A stretch of DNA of 61,488 bases, counting the filler, from Basidiobolus meristosporus CBS 931.73 (taxonomy: Eukaryota > Fungi > Basidiobolomycota), in NCBI GenBank assembly GCA_002104905.1. It is 3 parts of 3 records of this genome, joined end to end, with 100 filler letters (N's around TTAATTAATTAA, not from the genome) between each part and the next. Parts side by side here need not be neighbours in the genome. Positions count along the whole stretch, not along the records: positions 1 to 30,155 come from MCFE01000854.1; positions 30,256 to 49,263 come from MCFE01001043.1; 1 more part is not named here. One strand, written 5' to 3'. The position numbers and the translations under genes were made by a program. The notes beneath the pieces were generated by a model, which worked only from the letters and a program-made list of their open reading frames with translations, was not told the DNA's origin and searched no databases. Shown here piece by piece: positions 24,182 through 34,400 of the stretch. The number at the start of each line of letters is the position of its first letter. The stretch's first letter is position 1.

Positions 24182-24319
24182 TCTGGGCTACCATGCTCTG
24201 GCTTTCACAAGACTATAGGTTCCTTCAATTCCAAAATGCCAATATCCAGTATGTAGCTTATGTATTAAATCCAGGCAAGAAACATAATGGCAATAGGCAA
24301 TTGGGCTTCCATCAGCAAT

Positions 24320-25383
24320 TCAATAGAGTGTTTCATTCTGTACTACAAATTTGCTGGCTTCATCATGGATTATCTTGTTTATCTCTTCATCCACCTCATT
24401 AGGAATGGCTTGGTCCCCCAAGTACTTTGGTAATAGGCTAGGCCAATCTGATTCATGCACCAAGTTGAGTTGTGCAACTTGATCTAATCTTGATAAGGTA
24501 TCAGCAACTGTGTTGTTTTTTCCAGGGCAGTAGACAATCTTCAGGTCAAATTGCTGAATGTATTCACTCCATCTTGTCATTCTTCTAGAGAGTACCTTCT
24601 GAGTAAATATATACTTGAGGGAGGCATGATCAGTCTTCACAGTGCATTTGACTCCTTCAATATAGCATCTCCATGTTTTCAAACAGTGTATTATAGCAAG
24701 CATCTCCTTCTCATGGACTGGATAGTTTTGTTCTGCTGAGTTCAGTTTCTTGGATTCAAAGGCAACAGGGTAGTCCTTTCCCTTGTGTTCTTGGCTCAGC
24801 ACTCCACCAATAGCATAATCTGAAGCATCTGTGCACAGAGTGAACTCTTTTCTGAAGTCTGGTGTACTTAAGCTTGGCAGCTTAGCAAGCTCATTCTTGA
24901 GCGTCTGGAAGGCAGTTTCAGAAGCTATGTTCCACTTGTAGGTATTGTCTTTCTTGAGGATATCAGCTAAAGGGGCTGCAATACTTGCAAACAACTTGAC
25001 AAATCTCCAATAATAGGAAACCATTCCAAGGAATGATCTGAGCTCTGATATGCTATGGGGCTGCTTCAGATTCTTGATTACTTCCACCTTCTTGGGGTCT
25101 AAGGTTACTCCTGTGCTAGTCACTATGTGTCCCAGATATTCAATGTGTTCCTTGAAGAATTCACACTTGGGTAGCTTGCCATAAAGCTTGTTCTCTCTTA
25201 GCTTCTTCAAGACCTTTTCAATGTGCACCAAGTGATCCACTTCTGTCTTGCTGTATATCAGTATATCATCTAGGTAGATTATGACAAACTTGTCTAAGTA
25301 CTCCTGGAAGACAGTCTGCATCAGGGTCATGAAAGTTGCAGGGGCATTGGTAAGGCCAAAACTCCTGACTAAGTACTTGTAAT
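24320..25383 (-). pseudogene. pol: Gypsy RT C-terminal part and RNase H
   Basis: FGLTNAPATF, IYLDDILIYS, TDASDYAIGGVLSQ, EKEMLAI, KTDHASL, ADTLSR. Confidence 0.92.
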
Positions 25384-25732
25384 TGTTGTAAAAATTCGTA
25401 TTTCCACCTAAATATTCACCTAACTTAGTCACTTAGATCATTACCTTCAAATCCTAGAGAATACTGACCAAATTCCTTGTCGGGATTTACTTAGAATATT
25501 TTCACCAAAATACCAGGTACCCAGAACATGAAAATACTCAAAGTTGTCCAAACAGCCCCAAACTTTGCACACATGTTCTTGGGACCTTCCTTAACCTATT
25601 CTACGTGTTTGTTATGCCAAGACTAGGTAAAAGTATAAATACTACTTCTACAATCAATAAATCATTAAGTGAAAACCACATAATCTACTTGTTCTCCCAA
25701 TCACTTCCAATATCTCCAAGACTCTTACAACA

Positions 25733-25744
25733 GGTTATGAGCCC
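25733..25744 (+). promoter_or_regulatory. Primer binding site complementary to the initiator tRNA-Met anticodon stem-loop (half-tRNA priming type)
   Basis: GGTTATGAGCCC is the reverse complement of GGGCUCAUAACC and abuts the 5' LTR. Same site at 31814 and 40051; variants at 36591, 54936, 59361 and 58201 (-). Confidence 0.85.
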
Positions 25745-28700
25745 CAAGCTGTCACTCTCTGCAATGTCTACTACTGCTATTACTGGAATTTTTCCCTCTG
25801 CTGAAATGTTGGATGGATCTAACTACCAAGTGTGGAAGGTGAAGATGAAGATGCTGCTACAAGAAAGAGGCCTTTTGGATATTGTCATGGGAGAAGAATG
25901 CCCTCCTAAAAACGTGGGAGAGGAAGCCTTAAAGTACCAGAAGAAAGAACAAAGTGCCTTTAACTGCATTTGCCTTAATGTCAAGGACAAATTGCTAATT
26001 CAATGCTCAAGAGCAAAAACGGCAAAGAATGCCTGGAAAGCATTAGAAGACACCTACCAGTCATGTTCAGCTGCCAAGAAAATGTATCTGAGAAGAAAAT
26101 TCTTTACTACAAAGATGCTGCCAGGAGAAGAAATGAAAAATCTAATTAACAGAATTACCCTGCTGGTAGATGAGATGGAATCTGTGGGCGTACCAACTAC
26201 TGATGAGGATGTGATAGTTACCATCCTGAATAGCCTGACAGACGAGTTTCAGGGCCTTGTATCAGCCCTAGAGTCCAGAACTGAAGATTTGACCTTAAAT
26301 TACGTATATGGAAGGCTCCTGGATGAAGAATTAAGAAAATCAAGCGCCAATATAAGTAACTTAAATGAAGAAACACCAATGCTTTGGCACAGGAGATTTG
26401 GACACATCAACTTTGATTATTTGCGTAAAATGATCAAAGATCAGCTAATTTCTGGAGTGAAAATTGATCCCCCAGCTATTTTGGAGCACTGTGAAGCCTG
26501 CATATATGGGAAACAAGCCAGACAACCGTTCAAGAGCTCTGGGTTAATCAAAACTAAGAAAAAATTAGATCTAATTCACTCAGATCTGTGTGGACCTATG
26601 CAAAATTTATCCTTAGGCGGGATGAAGTATTTAATCACTTTTATTGATGATTATACAAGATACACATGGGTCTACTTCATGGAGAGAAAGGAAGAAGCTC
26701 TGTCTAAGTTCAGGGAGTTTAAAGCTATGGTGGAGAGAGAAACTGGTGAAAAAATTAAGAAAATACGCTCTGACAATGGTGGAGAATATACCTCAAAACT
26801 CTTCATCCACTTCTGCAAAATTCATGGGATAGAGCAAGAGACTACTGTACCATACTCCCCACAGCAAAATGGAGTAGCAGAACGAGCTAACAGATCAATA
26901 ATTGATATGGCAAGATCTATGATCCATGATCAAAAATTATCCTATGATTTTTGGGCGGAATCAGTTGCCACTGCTGTATATCTTAAAAATAGGAGTTATA
27001 ACAGAATACTTCGTGATTCTACTCCATTTGAAGCATGGTATGGATACAGACCAAGTGCAGAACATCTAAGAATATTTGGGTGTACAGCATATGCCAAAAA
27101 ACTGGCCGGAAATCAGTCAAAATTTGAGCCAAAAAGTGTAAAATGCATATTTTTGGGCTACTGCAATGAGAGTAAGGCATACAGACTCTACAATACCAAA
27201 GCAAAGAAGCTGATCAAGTCCAGGGATGTGTTGTTTGATGAAAATTCAAAATTTTCACAAAAAATGACATCAGATGATGACGAAAATTTGATCGCAAGTC
27301 CACCAATTGTCAGGATTGAATCAGAGCAAAACAATGAAAATTTTTTCACTCCAGAGGACTCTACAACCATGGTTCAGCCAGAATCAGTGCCCAGGAATAT
27401 CCCAGAAGTGATCATTCCAGTATCAAATGCCCGGAGATCAAATTGGACAAGAAATAGCCCAAATTACTATATTAATGAGGGTACAAACTTAGCCTATGCC
27501 TATTCAGTCCATATTGATGAACCCCAAACTGTAAAAGAGGCCCTAAATAGCCCTCAGACAAAGTTTTGGAGATCTGCAATGACTGAGGAATATCAGGCCC
27601 TGATGGAAAATCAAACTTGGGACTTAGTCAAATTACCAATCAACCAAAAATCAATTGGATGCAGATGGGTCTTCAAGACAAAGTACAAGGCTGATGGTAC
27701 AATTGAAAGATACAAAGCAAGACTTGTAGCCAAAGGATACTCTCAAACAAAAGGACTTGACTATACTGAGACCTTTGCACTGGTAGCCAAGTTTAATTCC
27801 ATCAGATTAATATTGGCTATTGCAGCCAAATATAAGTTTTTTATTCATCAAATGGATGTAAAAACTGCATTTTTGAATGGAGAACTTGATGAGGACGTGT
27901 ATATGGACCAGCCTGATGGGTTTGTTGCCCAAGATAACCCCCATTTGGTCTGCAAGCTTAAAAAGTCACTATATGGTCTCAAACAATCACCGAGAGCCTG
28001 GAATTGCAAGATAGATTCTTATTTGGAATCTTTGAGTTTCAAAAGGAGTAATGCTGACTATAGTATATACTATAAGCCAGATAGAGAAAATCCAATTCTA
28101 TTAGCTCTATATGTGGATGATCTTATCATAGCCGCCAATAACCTAGAAACATTGGAAAAGACTAAATCCAGCCTATCTAAGGAGTTCAAGATGTCCAATC
28201 TAGGAGAACTCAGTTACTACTTAGGGATTAAGTTCTCCATAGACAGAAGTACCCAGACTATTACCCTAAGCCAATCCAAGTATATTCAAGATATACTAAA
28301 GAAGTACAAAATGGAAGACTGTAAACCGGCAGCTACCCCAATGGAGACAAACCTTAACTTGGTCAAAACTCAACCAAATCAAGAGAGCTTGGTGCCATCT
28401 GAAAGCCCTGACTTTCCTTATCAATCTATGGTCGGCAGTCTGATGTATATCATGCTTGGAACACGTCCAGATATCTCATATTCAGTGGGAGTTGTCAGCC
28501 AACATAATCAGAATTATGGATCTGATCATATTGCAGCAGTTAAGCGGATTTTTAGATACCTAAAAGGAACTGCTGATATCTGCTTAAGATACACTTATAA
28601 GGATTCAGAACAGGATCTTGTGGGATACTCTGATGCTGATTGGGGACGAAATTTAGAAGACAGAAGATCCACCACAGTATACACCTTTCTTTACTGTAAA

Positions 28701-29090
28701 GGAGCAATTTCATGGAATTCAAGAAAGCAACCAACCGTAGCACTTTCTACTACAGAGGCAGAGTATATGGCAGCCTGTGAAGCTACAAAAGAAGCAATGT
28801 GGTTAAGAAAGCTCTTTACAGATTTAGGCCTATGTCAAAAAATGCCTATTACTCTATTTCAAGATAATCAAGGATGTATACAATTAGGTAGAAATCCAAC
28901 TTTTCATGCTAGAACCAAGCACATAGATATTAGACATCATTTCATACGTGAAGCTATAGAGAATAACTTAGTTAGCTTAGTTTACTGTCCTACAGATGAA
29001 ATGATTGCAGACATATTTACCAAACCATTAGCTAGAGACAAGTTTGAATATCTTAGGTCAAAATTAGGACTAGTCAATATGAACATTTAG
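25737..29090 (+). CDS. gag-pol: Copia Gag-IN-RT-RNaseH polyprotein lacking the zinc knuckle and protease (1117 aa)
   Basis: Uninterrupted ORF. Junction LRKSSA|NISNLNEE removes 206 codons relative to A2. IN IHSDLCGP/RSDNGGEY/NGVAER, RT LYVDD, RNase H YSDADW. Confidence 0.9.
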   Translation: MSPKLSLSAMSTTAITGIFPSAEMLDGSNYQVWKVKMKMLLQERGLLDIVMGEECPPKNVGEEALKYQKKEQSAFNCICLNVKDKLLIQCSRAKTAKNAWKALEDTYQSCSAAKKMYLRRKFFTTKMLPGEEMKNLINRITLLVDEMESVGVPTTDEDVIVTILNSLTDEFQGLVSALESRTEDLTLNYVYGRLLDEELRKSSANISNLNEETPMLWHRRFGHINFDYLRKMIKDQLISGVKIDPPAILEHCEACIYGKQARQPFKSSGLIKTKKKLDLIHSDLCGPMQNLSLGGMKYLITFIDDYTRYTWVYFMERKEEALSKFREFKAMVERETGEKIKKIRSDNGGEYTSKLFIHFCKIHGIEQETTVPYSPQQNGVAERANRSIIDMARSMIHDQKLSYDFWAESVATAVYLKNRSYNRILRDSTPFEAWYGYRPSAEHLRIFGCTAYAKKLAGNQSKFEPKSVKCIFLGYCNESKAYRLYNTKAKKLIKSRDVLFDENSKFSQKMTSDDDENLIASPPIVRIESEQNNENFFTPEDSTTMVQPESVPRNIPEVIIPVSNARRSNWTRNSPNYYINEGTNLAYAYSVHIDEPQTVKEALNSPQTKFWRSAMTEEYQALMENQTWDLVKLPINQKSIGCRWVFKTKYKADGTIERYKARLVAKGYSQTKGLDYTETFALVAKFNSIRLILAIAAKYKFFIHQMDVKTAFLNGELDEDVYMDQPDGFVAQDNPHLVCKLKKSLYGLKQSPRAWNCKIDSYLESLSFKRSNADYSIYYKPDRENPILLALYVDDLIIAANNLETLEKTKSSLSKEFKMSNLGELSYYLGIKFSIDRSTQTITLSQSKYIQDILKKYKMEDCKPAATPMETNLNLVKTQPNQESLVPSESPDFPYQSMVGSLMYIMLGTRPDISYSVGVVSQHNQNYGSDHIAAVKRIFRYLKGTADICLRYTYKDSEQDLVGYSDADWGRNLEDRRSTTVYTFLYCKGAISWNSRKQPTVALSTTEAEYMAACEATKEAMWLRKLFTDLGLCQKMPITLFQDNQGCIQLGRNPTFHARTKHIDIRHHFIREAIENNLVSLVYCPTDEMIADIFTKPLARDKFEYLRSKLGLVNMNI

Positions 29091-29450
29091 CTGAGTGGGA
29101 GTGTTGTAAAAATTCGTATTTCCACCTAAATATTCACCTAACTTAGTCACTTAGATCATTACCTTCAAATCCTAGAGAATACTGACCAAATTCCTTGTCG
29201 GGATTTACTTAGAATATTTTCACCAAAATACCAGGTACCCAGAACATGAAAATTCTCAAAGTTGTCCAAACAGCCCCAAACTTTGCACACATGTTCTTGG
29301 GACCTTCCTTAACCTATTCTACGTGTTTGTTATGCCAAGACTAGGTAAAAGTATAAATACTACTTCTACAATCAATAAATCATTAAGTGAAAACCACATA
29401 ATCTACTTGTTCTCCCAATCACTTCCAATATCTCCAAGACTCTTACAACA

Positions 29451-29839
29451 GTAATGTCCATATCTGGTCCTGAATGCTGTCTTTGGGATATCTTCTGGTT
29501 TTGCCCTAATCCTGTTGTATCCTGACATGAGGTCAATCTTGCTGAATATGGTGGCTCCATTAAGTTGGTCCAAAAGCTCATCAGTCCAAGGTATGGGGTA
29601 CTTATTCTTGACAGTAACTGAGTTCAGGGCTCTGTAGTCAATGCACATCCTAAGTGTTCCATCCTTCTTTTTCACAAAAAGCACTGGTGCTCCCCAAGGT
29701 GACTTGCAAGGTCTGATGTATCCTTGCTCCAATAGCTGATCAATTTGTCTCTTCATTTCCTCCAATTCCAATGGACTCATTCTGTAAGGTGTCTTGCTCA
29801 CTGGAGGGCTATCTCCTGTGTCAATGGCATGATCTACAT
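29451..29839 (-). pseudogene. pol: Gypsy RT N-terminal part
   Basis: [57 protein letters not shown]. Confidence 0.92.
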
Positions 29840-30155
29840 TGTAGTGGGGTGACAGTGACACCCACTGACAGATGTGCTCATTCCCTTATTTTCTACTTCC
29901 CTATATCTCTACTACACTTATTTTAGTTTTATCCCATTTGTCTTACCCAATCAGTACTATCCCATAAGCCGGTTGACTATCACACCTGCTTACCTTATTG
30001 CATAAGTTACCCCTCACTTTATGTAAGATTACTAGCTATAAGTACTTCTATATTAGGCAAGTACCCGCGCCAGTACCCGTGACACATGATCAGCCCGTGT
30101 CACCATCCCTACCATTTCCATACCATATATGGTATCCCCATGTTACACAGGTTTC
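29840..30155 (+). repeat. LTR-B 5' part inserted in gypsy G, cut by the gap
   Basis: Starts TGTAGTGGGGTGACAGTGACACCCACTGACAG; homologous to 43259-43575. Confidence 0.85.
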
Positions 30156-30255
30156 NNNNNNNNNNNNNNNNNNNNNNNNNNNNNNNNNNNNNNNNNNNNT
30201 TAATTAATTAANNNNNNNNNNNNNNNNNNNNNNNNNNNNNNNNNNNNNNNNNNNN
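30156..30255. other. Scaffold gap with artificial six-frame-stop spacer
   Basis: 44 N, TTAATTAATTAA (30200-30211), 44 N; identical design at 49264-49363. Confidence 0.95.
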
Positions 30256-31481
30256 TCCCTCTCGCCAATCGCCTGATTCTTCCCGAGATTGGTCAAGTTA
30301 CAACGGTGTGTGAGTTCGGATCACTTGATTTGCCACCTGGTGATGAGCGATGGCGTGATCGAATGGGTTCCCTCTGACACCTCAAGGTTCCCGTCCCTTC
30401 CAATACCGTTTCGATCTTCGTTTGTTGCACGGGTAGCCGCATCTTCAGTAGGGCCCCAACATGCCAGACATGTCGGAGAATGGGAAATCGGGACATACGT
30501 GGGTTCATTTCCGGCCATCACATGATCTTCCCGTAGGATGGATTGCTTGAATAAATCCGGGCTGTTGCTGCCCTGGTAGTGTTTGCTTAAGATGGGACGT
30601 GTTAATGCATGAGACAAGTAGAGGCTGGAATATGGTGGTAAGTTGACTCTTCAAAATTGGATTAGGGCTTGTTTGGGGAGGGGTTTCCTACAAAGAGTTC
30701 GCTTGCTTTGCGGGGAGCTGTTGTAGGGTAGATCTACATGAATGTTAGGTTATGACCTGTAACTAGGAAGGTGTCCACTGAGAGGGATTTCAAGTCCATG
30801 GTTGAGCTTTTAATGAAACCCAGAAAGAGTACCTGTGACCAACAACCAACCCTCATCACAAAGTTTAAATCCTGTGGCCAAATAGTGTTGATGCTATCAG
30901 GACACTGTAAAAACTGCCCAAGAAAAGTTGTGCCTCAGATTCCACAAAAAACTCAGTCAAAATACCTCATCTCAACAGTCCCTAATCCTTAGTTGTTTGC
31001 AATGTTTGCCATCAAATATATCACTAATGTTTGCACTTGATTGATGCTAAATGCAGTACTTGATAGCTTCACAATATGTGCCAGACTGCATGAGCTTCTC
31101 TGGATGGGGGTATTACAAGAATGTATCCAGAATGTGACCAATGTCTTTCCCCAGTTGTGGTGGATTTCTAGCAAGTTGGACATCATGCCATAGCAGCATT
31201 TTCTGATAAGAAAGCCATATAACTATTAACATATGGCAGTATCATGAGAGTCTCTGGGTCATAGGCTACCAGCTGTATTTTGGTTGTCCATTTGTACCAT
31301 ATGCCCTATGAAAAACAACTGTGCTGATCCTGTTGAAAGACTGTCACAAGATTTGAACTCCATGACTCAGAGGTATTTATGCCATTAGGACACCATGCAA
31401 AAACTGTTGGAAAACAATCCACCTCAGATGTCACAAAAACCTAGTCAGAATTTTTCATCACAATGGCCCCTAGGTTGATAC

Positions 31482-34400
31482 TGTTGTAAAAATTTGTATT
31501 TCCACCTAAATATTCACCTAACTTAGTCACTTAGATCATCACCTTCAAATCCTAGAGAATACTGACCAAATTCCTTGTCGGGATTTACTTAGAATATTTA
31601 CCCAGAACATGAAAATTCTCAAAGTTGTCCAAACAGCCCCAAACTTTGCACACATGTTCTTGGGACCTTCCTTAACCTATTCTACGTGTTTGTAATGCCA
31701 AGACCATGTAAAAGTATAAATACTACTTTTACATTCAATAAATAATTAAGTGAAAACCACATAATCTACTTGTTCTCCAAATCACTTCCAATATCTCCAA
31801 GACTCTTACATCAGGTTATGAGCCCCAAGCTGTCACTCTCTGCAATGTCTACTACTGCTATTACTGGAATTTTTCCCTCTGCTGAAAAGTTGGATGGATC
31901 TAACTACCAAGTGTGGAAGGTGAAGATGAAGATGCTGCTACAAGAAAGAGGCCTTTGGGATATTGTCATGGGAGAAGAATGCCCTCCTAAAAACGTGGGA
32001 GAGGAAGCCTTGAAGTACCAGAAGAAAGAACAAAGTGCCTTTAACTGCATTTGCCTTAATGTCAAGGACAAATTGCTAATTCAATGCTCAAGAGCAAAAA
32101 CGGCAAAGAATGCCTGGAAGGCATTAGAAGACACCTACCAGTCATGTTCAGCTGCCAAGAAAAGGTATCTGAGAAGAAAATTCTTTACTACAAAGATGCT
32201 GCCAGGAGAAGAAATGAAAAATCTAATTAACAGAATTACCCTGCTGGTAGATGAGATGGAATCTGTGGGCGTACCAACTACTGATGAGGATGTGATAGTT
32301 ACCATCCTGAATAGCCTGACAGACAAGTTTCAGGGCCTTGTATCAGCCCTAGAGTCCAGAACTGAAGATTTGACCTTAAATTACGTATATGGAAGGCTCC
32401 TGGATGAAGAATTAAGAAAATCAAGCGCCAATAAGAAGGAAGAAGAAAATGCTTTAATAAGCAATGATAACCAACAAAGGAGGTACCCAAGACCCTACAA
32501 AGGCAACAACAACCTATTTTGCAACTACTGCAAAAGGAAAGGACACACATCAGACCGGTGTTTCAAAAAGAGAGATTATCAGCAAACGAAGCCTGAATAT
32601 GGAAATGCTGCAACAACTGAAGATAGACTATTCATATCTGCACTAAATATGACCACAAACAAGGATTCTCAGACGTGGTATATTGACTCTGGAGCTTCTC
32701 AACACTTTACACACCAAAAAGAACTTTTTACCCAATATCAAGAAATTCCTATTAAGAAGGTTTTCATGGGTGACAATAGAACACTTGATGCAGTGGGAGA
32801 AGGAACTATCCAAGTAAACCTTAGAAGCAGTGAAGGAAGCCATACACTGACCTTTAAAGAAGTACTCTATGTACCAGAAATAGCCAAGAACCTACTCTCT
32901 GTAAGCAAGGCCACAGCAGAAGGACTCAGTTTCAGTTTTGACAATTCTGGATGCAGGATCACTGATCAAAATGGTGCCCATATTGCTTTGGGCATCAGAG
33001 ATCAGAATCTATACAAGTTGACTTATATTCCATCATATCTGGAAGCCAATATAAGTAACTTAAATGAAGAAACACCAATGCTTTGGCACAGGAGATTTGG
33101 ACACATCAATTTTGATTATTTGCGTAAAATGATCAAAGATCAGCTAATTTCTGGAGTGAAAATTGATCCCCCAGCTAATTTGGAGCACTGTGAAGCCTGC
33201 ATATATGGGAAACAAGCCAGACAACCGTTCAAGAGCTCTGGGTTAATCAAAACTAAGAAAAAATTAGATCTAATTCACTCAGATCTGTGTGGACCTATGC
33301 AAAATTTATCCTTAGGCGGGATGAAGTATTTAATCACTTTTATTGATGATTATACAAGATACACATGGGTCTACTTCATGGAGAGAAAGGAAGAAGCTCT
33401 GTCTAAGTTCAGGGAGTTTAAAGCCATGGTGGAGAGAGAAACTGGTGAAAAAATCAAGAAAATATGCTCTGACAATGGTGGAGAATATACCTCAAAACTC
33501 TTCATCCACTTCTGCAAAATTCATGGGATAAGGCAAGAGACTACTGTACCATACTCCCCACAGCAAAATGGAGTAGCAGAACGAGCTAACAGATCAATAA
33601 TTGATATGGCAAGATCTATGATCCATGATCAAAAATTATCCTATGATTTTTGGGCGGAATCAGTTGCCACTGCTGTATATCTTAAAAATAGGAGTTATAA
33701 CAGAATACTTCGTGATTCTACTCCATTTGAAGCATGGTATGGATACAGACCAAGTGCAGAACATCTAAGAATATTTGGGTGTACAGCATATGCCAAAAAA
33801 CTGGCCGGAAATCAGTCAAAATTTGAGCCAAAAAGTGTAAAATGCATATTTTTGGGCTACTGCAATGAGAGTAAGGCATACAGACTCTACAATACCGAAG
33901 CAAAGAAGCTGATCAAGTCCAGGGATGTGTTGTTTGATGAAAATTCAAAATTTTCACAAAAAATGACATCAGATGATGACGAAAATTTGATCTCAAGTCC
34001 ACCAATTGTCAGGATTGAATCAGAGCAAAACAATGAAAATTTTTTCACTCCAGAGGACTCTACAACTGTGGTTCAGCCAGAATCAGTGCCCAGGAATATC
34101 CCAGAAGTGATCATTCCAGTATCAAATGCCCGGAGATCCAATCGGACAAGAAATAGCCCAAATTACTATATCAATGAGGGTACAAACTTAGCCTATGCCT
34201 ATTCAGTCCATGTTGATGAGCCCCAGACTATAAAAGAGGCCCTAAATAGCCCTCAGACAAAGTTTTGGAGATCTGCAATGACTGAGGAATATCAGGCCCT
34301 GATGGAAAATCAAACTTGGGACTTAGTCAAATTACCAATCAACCAAAAACCAATTGGATGCAGATGGGTCTTTAAGACAAAATACAAGGCTGATGGTACA

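Larger units (their letters stand above)
25384..29450 (+). mobile_element. Copia element A1 (4067 bp), young, with an internal deletion; TSD GTAAT
   Basis: LTRs 25384-25732 and 29102-29450 are 349 bp with one mismatch by eye. GTAAT at 25379-25383 and 29451-29455. PBS at 25733-25744, PPT at 29093-29101. Confidence 0.97.
22429..29839 (-). mobile_element. Ty3/gypsy element G, with 3' LTR, PPT and pol, interrupted by copia A1, a solo LTR-C and LTR-B
   Basis: LTR TGTTACAAG (22429) to CATAACA (23170), adjacent to TTCTCCCCT (PPT AGGGGAGAA on -). Domain order RT-RNaseH-IN on the minus strand. Confidence 0.9.

Noticed and set aside
25384-25432. Apparent N-terminus MTKLGEYLGGNTNFYNN on the gypsy RT ORF (similar short ORF at 39565-39750)
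   Set aside because: It is the antisense strand of the inserted copia LTR, fused by chance to the host frame.
25605-25736. N-terminal extension of gag-pol read through the LTR (also 54808 and 59233)
   Set aside because: The upstream start codons lie 5' of the TATA-like GTATAAATA and would not be in the transcript; the frame is closed in A2.
30200-30211. Palindromic TTAATTAATTAA inside N runs (also 49308-49319)
   Set aside because: Identical, centred in exactly 100-bp gaps and encoding stops in all six frames, so it is an assembly spacer, not biology.
30860-30980. Weak similarity to the CACTA Y-side subterminal region
   Set aside because: Too short and diverged to delimit as a feature without an alignment tool.
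32135-33903. Recurrent 60-90 aa alternative-frame and antisense ORFs shared by copia A copies
   Set aside because: They recur only because the copies are near-identical, show no recognisable motifs and are shadows of gag-pol.
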